DNA of 63,129 nt, filler included, from Octopus bimaculoides (GCF_001194135.2; 6 parts of 6 records of this genome joined end to end with filler, not necessarily neighbours in it), one strand, 5' to 3'. Shown: positions 1 to 13,020, numbered from the whole stretch's first letter. Numbers and translations are program-made. The notes: generated by a model not told the origin, from the letters alone.

Positions 1-52
<52 letters not shown>

Positions 53-100
53 TGTGTGCGTGTGTGTGTGAGCGTGTGTGCCTGCTTGTCTGTATTTGTG
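1..100. repeat. (TA)n/(TG)n compound microsatellite, representative of dozens across the window; many N gaps lie inside or beside such tracts
   Basis: Read directly from sequence; the low-complexity YI/CV/HT ORFs in the track derive from these tracts. Confidence 0.98.
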
Positions 101-680
101 TATAAGCGTAGTAATGTGCTGCGGTTTGAACTCGAACCTGAAAACGCAAGACTGCGAAGCGATCCACTACAACCCTTCTCAATTCAGCCTCACCTCCACC
201 AATATTTGTTCATTTTGCTGCCGCATTACATCCCAATCTTTGATGTTCCAACGCTAATCCAATTTCTAGAGGAAAATTTGCTGATTTGATTTACAAATCG
301 ATCGATCTGCTTTAACATTCTTGGGATCAAAGACAACAACAGCCAAAAAACAACAACAGATCTGCAGCAATCGTTCTTGCGAATTCAGAGGTTATTGAGT
401 AACATTAATAAATGGCTTCCTTACCTTTTCTCTGACGCCCAATAAAACGTTGCCACGTTTTCTTCTTCTGATGTGAAGTCGTTCCAAGTCCGATTTATTG
501 TGTAATATGTTGTATAATGAGAAGACTCGTTGTCTTAACATCTATATTATCTGGTAGTGTCGCTATGTTATGTTCCACTGCAACGCTTTGGGAGTGCGGG
601 GTTAGGGTCTTGCTTCGTGTCTTACCTTTCACGCATACACACATAAATACACATGCACAAAAACACACACACTCATATGC

Positions 681-714
<34 letters not shown>

Positions 715-1545
715 NNNNNNNNNNNNNNNNNNNNNNNNNNNNNNNNNNNNNNNNNNNNNNNNNNNNNNNNNNNNNNNNNNNNNNNNNNNNNNNNNNNNNN
801 NNNNNNNNNNNNNNNNNNNNNNNNNNNNNNNNNNNNNNNNNNNNNNNNNNNNNNNNNNNNNNNNNNNNNNNNNNNNNNNNNNNNNNNNNNNNNNNNNNNN
901 NNNNNNNNNNNNNNNNNNNNNNNNNNNNNNNNNNNNNNNNNNNNNNNNNNNNNNNNNNNNNNNNNNNNNNNNNNNNNNNNNNNNNNNNNNNNNNNNNNNN
1001 NNNNNNNNNNNNNNNNNNNNNNNNNNNNNNNNNNNNNNNNNNNNNNNNNNNNNNNNNNNNNNNNNNNNNNNNNNNNNNNNNNNNNNNNNNNNNNNNNNNN
1101 NNNNNNNNNNNNNNNNNNNNNNNNNNNNNNNNNNNNNNNNNNNNNNNNNNNNNNNNNNNNNNNNNNNNNNNNNNNNNNNNNNNNNNNNNNNNNNNNNNNN
1201 NNNNNNNNNNNNNNNNNNNNNNNNNNNNNNNNNNNNNNNNNNNNNNNNNNNNNNNNNNNNNNNNNNNNNNNNNNNNNNNNNNNNNNNNNNNNNNNNNNNN
1301 NNNNNNNNNNNNNNNNNNNNNNNNNNNNNNNNNNNNNNNNNNNNNNNNNNNNNNNNNNNNNNNNNNNNNNNNNNNNNNNNNNNNNNNNNNNNNNNNNNNN
1401 NNNNNNNNNNNNNNNNNNNNNNNNNNNNNNNNNNNNNNNNNNNNNNNNNNNNNNNNNNNNNNNNNNNNNNNNNNNNNNNNNNNNNNNNNNNNNNNNNNNN
1501 NNNNNNNNNNNNNNNNNNNNNNNNNNNNNNNNNNNNNNNNNNNNN

Positions 1546-1593
<48 letters not shown>

Positions 1594-2117
1594 TATGTAA
1601 ATAGATAAATATATATCATATACATTTAGTTATTTCTGAAACCGCGTTGGTGGATGTTCTTCACAAATACGGCTACGATTTCCTTCTTAACTATAAATAG
1701 AGACCCATATTAATGTATAATTATTTACTTCTACAAATTCTAATCATCTGTCCGATGAAACATTAACCGAATATATAATGTTTGATTCTGATTTTGTACT
1801 CAACGAAAGCCACAAAAATTCCATGTAATAACACTTCTCTTCGTTAAAATATTTTTACCATTCTAAAAGAAAAGATGTTGAATGAAGATTATGTATCTTT
1901 TCGCCAACGAGGAATTTCAAACTAGCAATTATTGAAACTAGAGCTTTAATCAACCAACTCTGAGTATAATCGTTTCTAATATTGGAACAAGGCCTGAAAT
2001 TTGTGGGAGAAGGATAGCTAATAGCATCGACACCAGTGCGTAACTGGTACTTATTTTATCGACCCACGAAACGATGACAGGCATCGCCGCTAAGGATTTC
2101 AGTTATATCAGAGCGGA

Positions 2118-2951
2118 GCTAAGCATTTCGTCCAGGGTGCGAGCGATTCCCCCAGCTCGCTGCTTTTCCAAGTTCTGAGTATAATCTTTTCTACTCTAGG
2201 CTCGAGGGCCGAAATATTGAGGGAGGTAGGTGCCAGTCGATTAGATTGACCCCAGTACGCAACTGGTATTTAGTTTATCGAACCCCGAAACGATGAAAGG
2301 CAAAGTCGACCGCGGTGGAATTTGAACTCAGAACTCTCACTGCCAACAGATTAGTAACCACGACCATCACCACCGCCGCGGTGGTGGTGGTGGTGGTGGT
2401 GGTAGTCGTCGTGGTGGTAGTGGTTGTGGTGATGGTGGTCGTGGTGGTGGTAGTCGACGTGGTGGTCGTGGTGTTGTTGTTGGTGCTGGTGGTGCTGGTG
2501 GTGGTGCTGGTGGTTATCGTGGTTTGAATGTNNNNNNNNNNGCTAAGCATTTCGTCCAGGGTGCGAGCGATTCCCCCAGCTCGCTGCTTTTCCAAGTTCT
2601 GAGTATAATCTTTTCTACTCTAGGCTCGAGGGCCGAAATATTGAGGGAGGTAGGTGCCAGTCGATTAGATTGACCCCAGTACGCAACTGGTATTTAGTTT
2701 ATCGAACCCCGAAACGATGAAAGGCAAAGTCGACCGCGGTGGAATTTGAACTCAGAACTCTCACTGCCAACAGATTAGTAACCACGACCATCACCACCGC
2801 CGCGGTGGTGGTGGTGGTGGTGGTGGTAGTCGTCGTGGTGGTAGTGGTTGTGGTGATGGTGGTCGTGGTGGTGGTAGTCGACGTGGTGGTCGTGGTGTTG
2901 TTGTTGGTGCTGGTGGTGCTGGTGGTGGTGCTGGTGGTTATCGTGGTTTGA
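2118..2951. repeat. Exact 424-bp tandem duplication across a 10-N gap (SINE fragment plus (GTG)n tract); probable unmerged contig overlap
   Basis: gctaagcatttcgtccaggg at 2118 and 2542; ORFs 2315..2527 and 2739..2951 are identical and offset by 424. Confidence 0.9.
2186..2335 (-). mobile_element. SINE family B fragment (tRNA-like head; core GTCGACTTTGCCTTTCATCCTTTCGGGGTCGATAAA)
   Basis: Matches the in-window consensus seen at 12463-12640, 44072-44240 and 50795-51000; B-box-like GAGTTCAAATTCC. Confidence 0.85.
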
Positions 2952-3294
2952 ATGTAACGATGATGATGATGGTGGGGGGGGGAGAGGAGGAGGAGGAGGA
3001 TTTTGCTAATCTGTGGCATCTTCATTTTCATCATTATCGCCTCTACCACCACCAGATTACTCGGTGTACCAATCAGTGCTTCCTTCATCAAAAAGATCTA
3101 CTTGCTGCTACTGCTGCTGCTGCTGCTATAGCTTCCACAATTAAATGGAGTTGAGCCGGCGCCATTGAATGTCAACTGATTACATTTGTGTGTAATTCTA
3201 TCAGCTTATTATTGAATCGCCTTGAAATATAAAAGAGAACTACACTTTTCAATACTGCCGGTTCACCAGCTTATGTTGGAGTGGCTAATCCGCG

Positions 3295-3325
<31 letters not shown>

Positions 3326-3526
3326 ACACATACACACACAAAGGAACAGTAGCATCTATATACACGTATTCGAGAACTTGTGCTTGTATGTATGTGTGTA
3401 TATGTATATATATATGTATATATGTATACATTACAGACTCAGCAAACAGCAACTGTGTGTTGAGTTCGTCTTTCCGTAATGACTGTAATTAGAAAAAGAT
3501 CTCTAATGTAGACATGTACACATGCG

Positions 3527-3561
<35 letters not shown>

Positions 3562-3573
3562 ATAAATACATAC

Positions 3574-3650
<77 letters not shown>

Positions 3651-3890
3651 AACATCTATATATGCAGATATATACATGTTTAGATATATATACATGAACA
3701 TATGTATATGTATATTTATATAAACACACATATATAAACATTTTTATACATACATATACATTTATATATATGTGTATATACATATATATNNNNNNNNNNN
3801 NNNNNNNNNNNNNNNNNNNNNNNNNNNNNNNNNNNNNNNNNNNNNNNNNNNNNNNNNNNNNNNNNNNNNNNNNNNNNNNNNNNNNNNNNN

Positions 3891-3923
<33 letters not shown>

Positions 3924-5099
3924 GTTCGCACGTATACCTGTACGTGCCTATGTGTGTGCGTATGTGTGACATTGTGTTTTCTGGCTGTAAAGATATCATT
4001 AATTATTTGACAATAATTATGGATGTCAGCGAAGATATCAACTGAAAATGTTGGAGGCAATATCGATGCTGAACCAATTTTCCAAAATGTCGCTGACGTT
4101 TTAATAACCTGTATGAAGCTCTAAGTAGCAAAAATATCATTAGCCGCTAGATTTTAGATTGGTCAAGATGTATGGTGTATGCGCCGTCTTAGGAAGATCT
4201 TCGTCAGGACACTTAATGTTTGACTTTTACGTAGTTTTGTAGCATTAATTAATGGCTTATTAAAATTCTACGAGAAGTTGGTCAGATCATTTAAGGTGAT
4301 AAATTTAGGAGCTATCTTAATCAGTGTTGCCCTACTTCTGAATTTTAATAAACTAAGATGTTTTATCACTTTAGTTTCGATCCTAGATCAGATTTAATTG
4401 ATAATGCAATTTTTTTTTCATTCTTTTCCTTCACCTGTCGTCTTGCCTGGTAGGTAAGGGCCGCCCACATGACCTAGTACCTTTTTTAAGGGTCAGCGGG
4501 ATGCTGCGGTTGTGGGGCAGAATTTTCCTTGAAACAGAATCCTATTCTATAAACTTGCACATAACATGGCCACAAACGTGACTGTGTGGTAAGAGTCGAG
4601 CTTCCTGCGCATGCGTTGGTCAGTCTTTTCTTTGCAGTGCTAGGAGTCACGTCACTGTGCACCAACGTCGTGAAGCACAACTACCAGGTAAGACATTTGT
4701 TTTTAGGGGGATTCAGTGGGGGTTTGTTGCTCGTGTTTAATTAATTTGTCAAACAAGAAACCTCCACTGGGTTCTGCGCATTTGTCAAACCGATAGAATT
4801 ATGTACCATGTTTTAGAAAGAAAATAATTACTGGGTTACTTGTGTTGATTCATGTCGATTAAAATTTTTCAAGACTCTGCCCCAGTATGGCCGCAGTCGA
4901 ACGATAGGAACAAGAAATACTTCAAAGGAAAGTGATGGAGCATTCAACCCTTTTGATAACAATTCTCAGACTACACCCAATTGTAAAACAAAACTCCCAG
5001 CAACGCCGGGAGTGATCAATAAAGTGACCAGTGGTTTGTCTTTTCAAGATCGGTTGAACTCTGCGATGTTGGGAAAGAATTTCGCCTAAAACAAGAATC

Positions 5100-5525
5100 T
5101 ATTCCTGGATATTCTTTTCCACTCTAGACACAAGGCCCGAAACTTTTTGGCGGAGTGGGTCAGACAAAAGATCGACTCCAGTACGCAACTGGTACTTAAT
5201 TTATCGACCCTGAAAGGATGAAGGCGAAGTCGACTTCCTCGGAATTTCAAATCAGAACGTAAAGACAGACGAAATACCGCTAAGCATTTCGTCCGGCATG
5301 CTAACGAGACTTTTCTAGTCTAGGCACAAGGCCCGAAATTCTGGGGAAGGGGATCCAGTCGATTAGATCGACTCCAGTACGCAACTGTTACTTAATTTAT
5401 CAACCCCGAAAAGAGGAATGACGAAGTCGATCTCGGCGGAATTTGAACTCAGAACATAAAGACAGACGAAATATTGCGAAGCGTTTCGCCGGGATGCTAA
5501 CGATTCTGCCAGCCCGCCACCTTAC
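5100..5525 (-). mobile_element. Two adjacent SINE family B copies
   Basis: Repeated cacaaggcccgaa...gtacgcaactg...gaactcagaac...gacgaaata blocks at ~5130 and ~5325. Confidence 0.85.
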
Positions 5526-5894
5526 CACCAAGTTATGTTAATGACAGAATAACAAAACACAAAACAGTTCATTTCCTTTTCTCTCTTTCACATTCTCTCT
5601 CCTTCAACCTTTCTCTCTCTTTCCCTCTCTCTTACCTGCCCAAAAGGTTCAACTACCAATATAACGAGGTGTTTTACCACTAAACTCTTTCCATTTTTAC
5701 CATTTCTTTCTTGCAGATAATAATTTAAAAGCTAATTACTAACTTCATAAAACTAATTTTTTTTCCAAAACACACACAAAAAAGAGAAAGAAAGAAATAT
5801 ACAATTATTTCATTTTCTTTTTTAAAAGTACAATCGACACGTCTTTCTTTACTGTATTATGTAGCTAATATTTCTGTGTATCTTTTCACCAATC

Positions 5895-5937
<43 letters not shown>

Positions 5938-6071
5938 TGTATGTATATACATATATATGTATGTATGTATGTATATACATATATATGTATGTATATACAT
6001 ATATACATATATATGTATGTATATACATATATATGTATGTATGTATATACATACATATATATCTATCTATG

Positions 6072-6114
<43 letters not shown>

Positions 6115-6712
6115 CAGACAGACAACTGTCAAGTGACGCATTATATACATATGGATATATACATTTATTGTGACTTAAATTTATATATCTTGTGTATATG
6201 TTTGTGTGTTGTTTTATCATCCAGATTGTTGCTGTTCCTCTCATCATCATCATCATCATCATAATCATTGTCATTCTAATCATCATTATCACTGTTGTCA
6301 TCATCATCATCATCTTTGTCATTATTATTATTATCATTATTATTATCATGCTTGTTGTTCTGAAAACTTTCAACGCCTCCATACCTTGAGGGTGAAACTC
6401 CAAATTCATTAATTAAATTATATATTGCAATATATGTATATATATTTTTTGTTTTGTTATTTTATAAAAAAAATTAGTGTATAACACAAACAGTTGTCAC
6501 ACATAACTGTGTGCATACGCGCAGAAACACACAATGATATACATAGACATACATAGACATACATGTATGTGTGTGTGTGTCTATGTGTGTGTCTATGTGT
6601 TGCGGTTATAGTATGTTCTTTGTCATACTTCAATTATTTGTTAGCTTTTCTTGAGTTTCATTTGTCGCTCAATGATAAAGTTAGTAGCAGTAATAACAAC
6701 AGCATTATTATT

Positions 6713-6758
<46 letters not shown>

Positions 6759-6769
6759 TCAAAAATACG

Positions 6770-7003
6770 ATCATAATCGGAACTGCTGAGAAATGGTACA
6801 AACACCACCCTGGGGCTGTAACTGAGAGAGAAAACGTAACTATTCTTTGGGACTTCCCAGTATGTACAGATCTGACCATCAAGGCAAATAAACCAGATAT
6901 TGTTACGAAAGACAAAAGCAATAAAGTCTGTTTATTTATTGACATGAGCATACCCTGTGATTATAATATCTCGACAAAAGAATTTGATATGCTCAGAAAA
7001 TAT
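6770..7003 (+). mobile_element. R4/Dong-like non-LTR retrotransposon fragment, restriction-like endonuclease (PD-(D/E)xK) region
   Basis: KWYKHHPGAVTERENVTILWDFPVCTDLTIKANKPDIVTKDKSNKVCLFIDMSIP matches the ILWDF...RPDI...IDV.IP signature of RLE-clade elements. Confidence 0.85.
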
Positions 7004-7344
7004 GTGAGTATTATCTTCTACTTGTTTCGGTCGCTAGTTTGCGGTCAGGCTGGGATTCATCTTCTCGTGTTTTTTGTCAAACGAATCGACCGCAGTGATT
7101 ACTTTTTTCAAAAGTACGCTGCTTTTCTCACCGGTGTCTTTTGCCGAATCTCAAATTTGCAGGGATTTAAAGAAACCGACAACAGTCCTTCCAAGATAGT
7201 GGGGAATAAATACAAGCACAAGGAATTAACATACATACAGATATGTATTTTACTCTGCATACGTGTGTATGTGTGTATACGATGGCATCTTTCTCTTTTT
7301 GTCTACCAAATCCACCCTAAATGCATTATAGATATGTATATATA

Positions 7345-8034
7345 TACCTGCATACAAAAATCAGAGGAATGACCAGCAAATGTGGACTCCTATATGCTAG
7401 AAATAGATACCGAATCATCTAACTACGAAAAATATATGTTCTCAGTAAAAAATTCAGCGACACAACAGACTGTAAAAGGGCAAGACAAATGAAAAAATAC
7501 TAAATTAAAAAACGATTAACCTACGTACCATGGTTTCACCTGTTAAAATTTACATAAGTAAATATCTGCAGGATCGTCAGCGTAGTCTGTCGATTTGAGA
7601 TATAATTCCCAGAACTAGACACAAGACGTCCACCCGTAAGGGAGCACGTGTAGAGTTCTACAAATTACATTCAGTGTATCCTTTCAATTGTCTTCAATCT
7701 GGCGCGCTAAGTCCGCAAATAATTCTGCAGTTAATAAATTTTTGCAGCTAATTTACCGGTTTGAGAACATCATTATTTAAAATTTATTAATGAGGGTAGA
7801 AATTGATATTAATCAATTAAAACCAGTGGTCTAGCATATTAAAAAAATCCGAAGATTAAAATTATATTACATACAAAAATGTGGACTCCTATATGCTAGA
7901 AATAGATGCCGAATCATCTAACCACGAAAAGAATATGTTCTCAGTAAAAAATTCAGCGACACAACAGACTGTAAAAGGGCAAGACAAATTAAAAAATACT
8001 AAATTAAAAAACGATTAACCTACGTACCTGCATA
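7345..8034 (-). mobile_element. Non-coding hammerhead-bearing retroelement (retrozyme-like or non-autonomous Penelope pLTR-like): ~1.3 head-to-tail monomers with 10-bp TSD TACCTGCATA
   Basis: TSD at 7345-7354 and 8025-8034; direct repeat 7351-7529 vs 7870-8028 (offset 499-519); hammerhead at the monomer junction; no ORF seen. Confidence 0.8.
7521..7585 (-). ncRNA. Type I hammerhead ribozyme (predicted), cleavage after GUA between 7526 and 7525
   Basis: Minus strand: CTACG-CTGACGA-[T CCTG CAGAT ATTTAC TTAT GTAAAT TTTAA CAGG T]-GAAA-CCATGG-TA-CGTAG. Perfect 5-bp stem I, long stem II, palindromic stem III ACCATGGT. Confidence 0.8.
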
Positions 8035-8035
8035 T

Positions 8036-8068
<33 letters not shown>

Positions 8069-8414
8069 NNNNNNNNNNNNNNNNNNNNNNNNNNNNNNNN
8101 NNNNNNNNNNNNNNNNNNNNNNNNNNNNNNNNNNNNNNNNNNNNNNNNNNNNNNNNNNNNNNNNNNNNNNNNNNNNNNNNNNNNNNNNNNNNNNNNNNNN
8201 NNNNNNNNNNNNNNNNNNNNNNNNNNNNNNNNNNNNNNNNNNNNNNNNNNNNNNNNNNNNNNNNNNNNNNNNNNNNNNNNNNNNNNNNNNNNNNNNNNNN
8301 NNNNNNNNNNNNNNNNNNNNNNNNNNNNNNNNNNNNNNNNNNNNNNNNNNNNNNNNNNNNNNNNNNNNNNNNNNNNNNNNNNNNNNNNNNNNNNNNNNNN
8401 NNNNNNNNNNNNNN

Positions 8415-8480
<66 letters not shown>

Positions 8481-9282
8481 GAGCGAGACAGAGAGAGAGA
8501 CAGAGAGAGAGAGACAGAGAGAGTCCGGGCTATAAAAGAAGATAGTCGCCCAAGGTACCGCACAGTGGGACTGAACTCAGAAACACCTAGTTGCAAGGCG
8601 AGCTACATACGCGTCTCGATGTGTACATGCGCGAGTTTGTCTTGTGTGTTTGCGTATTTATTAGTGTTTAGAGAACATGATATAGATTACTCCCTATTTG
8701 GATAAAATTTGCTGAAATGAAAACCTAAAACACTAAACCCAATATTTTATCGTTGTAATATGTGGATTAATACAGTGCCAAAGCAAACAGCATAATAACT
8801 TTATAATTTTTGGTTAGTTGTAATTTAATTTGTGAATTAATCAAACTGTTAAAAACTGTTCCCCTTGATGATCAATGCAATTACGAAATAAATTGCGTCT
8901 CTTTGATCCCTGCTAATATGTGTTTGTTGACTCAACAATACAGCAACAATTTGGAAAGAGGTCAATACACCACTATCCTTCAGTTTCCAGAAATAATGAC
9001 AGAGAGATATGGATGTAATTAAATTGCCAGCATGTCAGATCGGAAGATTAAGCGTTCTCGTAGAGATTCTTGCAGTTTATTTTCGGTAAATATAGGAGAT
9101 GCATTGACGTCATTTTGCGAAGGCACAGGTGTGGCTATGCGGTTGAAGAACCACGCCGTATCTTGGGTTCAATTCCGCTACGTGGCACCTTGAACTAGCG
9201 TCCTCCATAATAGTATAATAGTCCCGGAACAAACAGTTTCTTCCCTTGAGTGGATTTCGTACACAGTAACTCAAATCTGTAC

Positions 9283-9340
<58 letters not shown>

Positions 9341-9959
9341 NNNNNNNNNNNNNNNNNNNNNNNNNNNNNNNNNNNNNNNNNNNNNNNNNNNNNNNNNNNN
9401 NNNNNNNNNNNNNNNNNNNNNNNNNNNNNNNNNNNNNNNNNNNNNNNNNNNNNNNNNNNNNNNNNNNNNNNNNNNNNNNNNNNNNNNNNNNNNNNNNNNN
9501 NNNNNNNNNNNNNNNNNNNNNNNNNNNNNNNNNNNNNNNNNNNNNNNNNNNNNNNNNNNNNNNNNNNNNNNNNNNNNNNNNNNNNNNNNNNNNNNNNNNN
9601 NNNNNNNNNNNNNNNNNNNNNNNNNNNNNNNNNNNNNNNNNNNNNNNNNNNNNNNNNNNNNNNNNNNNNNNNNNNNNNNNNNNNNNNNNNNNNNNNNNNN
9701 NNNNNNNNNNNNNNNNNNNNNNNNNNNNNNNNNNNNNNNNNNNNNNNNNNNNNNNNNNNNNNNNNNNNNNNNNNNNNNNNNNNNNNNNNNNNNNNNNNNN
9801 NNNNNNNNNNNNNNNNNNNNNNNNNNNNNNNNNNNNNNNNNNNNNNNNNNNNNNNNNNNNNNNNNNNNNNNNNNNNNNNNNNNNNNNNNNNNNNNNNNNN
9901 NNNNNNNNNNNNNNNNNNNNNNNNNNNNNNNNNNNNNNNNNNNNNNNNNNNNNNNNNNN

Positions 9960-9989
<30 letters not shown>

Positions 9990-9996
<7 letters not shown>

Positions 9997-10195
9997 GTAT
10001 CTGTGTTTCTCGTTCCACCCCAACATCGCTTGAAAACCAATGCTGGTGTGTTTACGTCCCCGTAACTTAGCGGTTCGGCACAAGAGACGATAGAATAAGT
10101 ATTAGGCTTACAAAGAATAAGTCCTGGGGTCGATTTGCTCCACTAAAAGCAGTGCACCAGCCTGGCCGCAGTCAAATGACTGAAATAAATAAAAC
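9990..10195 (+). mobile_element. SINE family A, 3' module (ends CAGTCAAATGACTGAAA)
   Basis: Matches full copies at 44258-44660, 51063-51530 and 55441-55900. Confidence 0.9.
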
Positions 10196-10399
10196 AATAA
10201 CAGAATATATATACACACGTGTGTGTGTGTGTGTGTGTGTGCCGCGTGTACACATATACATCCATAGATATAGATATAGTAAGTACGTACATGCATGTAC
10301 ATATGCATATAGAAAAGCAGATAGAGAGAGAGATACAGAGAGAGAGATACAGAGAGACAGATACAGAGAGAGGGAGACAGTGAGAGAGAGAGAGAGACA

Positions 10400-10442
<43 letters not shown>

Positions 10443-10645
10443 TCAGCCCTTGTTCAGCGACACCCTATTTATCATTGCCCATCACATCGATAAGTACATT
10501 TACGTATTAACCTGTATTTATTTACCTAAATTTGTCTTTGTTCCCTGTGTTATATTTCTAAGATTATAATTAGGACGCCTAATTATCAATATTTATATTA
10601 GAATAAAGTATGGCGTTAACGATACTTGTTATAAATGGCAATTAC

Positions 10646-10676
<31 letters not shown>

Positions 10677-11046
10677 TACACACATGACTTTGTTCCGCAT
10701 AGTCACACGGATACACACCCACGTATACGGAGAGAGTCATTCAGAGAAGGCGAGAGAATGGAAGATGTATATATGTATATATATATGGAGAGAGAGACGG
10801 AGAATATATATATATACATATATNNNNNNNNNNNNNNNNNNNNNNNNNNNNNNNNNNNNNNNNNNNNNNNNNNNNNNNNNNNNNNNNNNNNNNNNNNNNN
10901 NNNNNNNNNNNNNNNNNNNNNNNNNNNNNNNNNNNNNNNNNNNNNNNNNNNNNNNNNNNNNNNNNNNNNNNNNNNNNNNNNNNNNNNNNNNNNNNNNNNN
11001 NNNNNNNNNNNNNNNNNNNNNNNNNNNNNNNNNNNNNNNNNNNNNN

Positions 11047-11115
<69 letters not shown>

Positions 11116-12462
11116 CGAAAGTGACAGATGAAAGAAGAGCATACTACATAAATGCATAATATATACACTCATAGCATGTGTGTGTGTGTCCATGTCTGTG
11201 TGTTTATATATATATATATTATATTATATGTATATATGTGTGTATATACATATATTAATAGGATACCTCACTAAGATTAAGTGCGCCTATTATCAAAATG
11301 ACGAACTTAAATATTCGACACACGAGATTATTAATTCTTGTTGAATGTCTTGGAAGCGTTCCTAACTATTATCGGCATCTATTAAAACTTCGATCGACCG
11401 TAATTCTTTATTCTTCGCCAGGTAGATTTCGATTCGTATGATTAACTGCGAAATTGAGCGTACAAAGTACTAATTAATTTCTTACTAATACTTTAGAGTT
11501 GTGTCTCATTAAGGTTAAGCTTCAAATGGTAGCAACGTATTCCTTCTCGAAATTTCGACAGAAATATAATTATGTATCTGTGTATTAATGAAAGTATATA
11601 AAACTGGCATATTACCAATACTATTGGTGCTTAATAACATCGGCATTTTCATTTCATTAGCACATTACAAAAATATTGGTCGGTCTACATATTAAATTAT
11701 TATCTTTAATAGAATCTGAAAACAATGCATATGAAATTTTGTCTTACAACAATGGGAAGGTGTTTGCACTGGCTTGTAGTTCGAAACGATTCTTAATATG
11801 TTTGGCAATTTTTCCAAGTCCTGTGTGTCGTGTTTCTATTTTTAATTGAAAGCCAACACGAAAAATCTCACAGCTTAGATACCTTGGTGTTTAATTAGGA
11901 AACCCACGGGAGTTGAGTCAGCCAAAAATCTAAACCACAATTTAGAGAATGGTGGAGTGGTTAGTCTTGGGAATGACAATGGCTCCTTTAACCTTTTCAG
12001 TTACAAGAGGAGCTGCCAGGAGTGAACGCAAAATTTCATTAAGTTTTTGTGATAGAAGAATAAAATAATGCGTGTTAGTATGACTGTTAAATCTTCACGA
12101 ATCTTTATTTAGTCTCCTGCCATTGAGAAGATATCTGTTTTATATGTCGTTGAAATTTTCGTTACCGAGGGCAGGAGTTCTAATACAGTTTGGGCCCACT
12201 GTTTCTTTTATATTTCTTGAGAAGATAAAAGAAAATTCCAGTTATAGACTGCCTAACGATTAATCAATTCATCTATCAAAACTTGACCTTATTTTATTTG
12301 CAAGCGCAGGTATAGCTGTATGATTAAGAAGGTCACCTTGCAACCATGTGATTTTGGGTTCAGTCCCATTGCGCGGCAGCATGTGCGTGTGTCTCCTACT
12401 TTAGCCCCAGGCCAACGAATAGCTTCTGAGAGAATTTGCAAAGCAGAAACTATGTAGATGCT

Positions 12463-12640
12463 TAGGCGGCGAGCTGGCAGAAACGTTAGCACTACGGGCG
12501 AAATGCTTAGCGCTATTTCGTCTGCCGTTTCGTTCTGAGTTCAAATTTCGCCGAGGTCGACTTTGCCTTTCACCATTTCGGAGTCGATAAATCAAGTACC
12601 AGTTACGCACTGGGACGATGTAATCGACTTAATTCCTTTG
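12463..12640 (+). mobile_element. SINE family B near-full copy, preceded by a family A head (~12303-12440)
   Basis: GGCGGCGAGCTGGCAGAA A-box-like start, GAGTTCAAATTTC B-box-like, conserved core. Confidence 0.88.
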
Positions 12641-12740
12641 TCTGTCCTTGTTTGTCCTCTGTGTTTAGCTCCTTGTGGGCAATAAAGAAATAAGAAAATG
12701 TGTAGATGCTAGTCGTATAGATATTTAGATAGATAGACAG

Positions 12741-13020
12741 ATACAAAAATAAGAGGAATGACCAGCAAAAGTGGACTCCTATATGCTAGAAATAGATGCC
12801 GAATCATCTAACCACGAAAAAAATATATATATTCTCATGACAACATTTTTTTTTCGTGGTTAGATGATTCGGCATCTATTTCTAGCATATAGGAGTCCAC
12901 TTTTGCTGGTCATTCCTCTTATTTTTGTATGTAATATAATTTTAATCTTCGGATTTTTTTTAATATGCTAGACCACTGGTTTTAATTGATTAATATCAAT
13001 TTCTACCCTCATTAATAAAT
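12741..13020. mobile_element. Second member of the 7345-8034 family, rearranged into a perfect 83-bp inverted repeat (arms 12741-12823 and 12848-12930) plus a 90-bp extension
   Basis: Arms are exact reverse complements; sequence matches 7351-7430 and ~7780-7930; tttagatagataga on both flanks. Confidence 0.9.

Noticed and set aside
495-1625. Long ORFs of 230-390 aa in the track (also at 9195-10083, 23429-24352, 39258-40444, 56600-57400)
   Set aside because: They are open only because they run through N gaps and dinucleotide repeats
2275-3091. Poly-Thr/poly-Val mucin-like ORFs
   Set aside because: Translation of a degenerate (GTG)n tract fused to SINE sequence and duplicated by a probable assembly overlap; no splice or signal evidence
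6563-7372. 269-aa ORF as a host gene
   Set aside because: Chimera of microsatellite, (AAT)n, a retrotransposon RLE fragment and a decayed SINE
7969-8023. Intron-like GTAGGT...cccttttacag just after the hammerhead cut site (minus), recalling Penelope 5' introns
   Set aside because: Short signals in AT-rich sequence with no transcript evidence; worth revisiting only if the family is expressed
9105-9112. Perfect CRE TGACGTCA
   Set aside because: No associated gene or start site; an 8-mer can occur by chance at this scale
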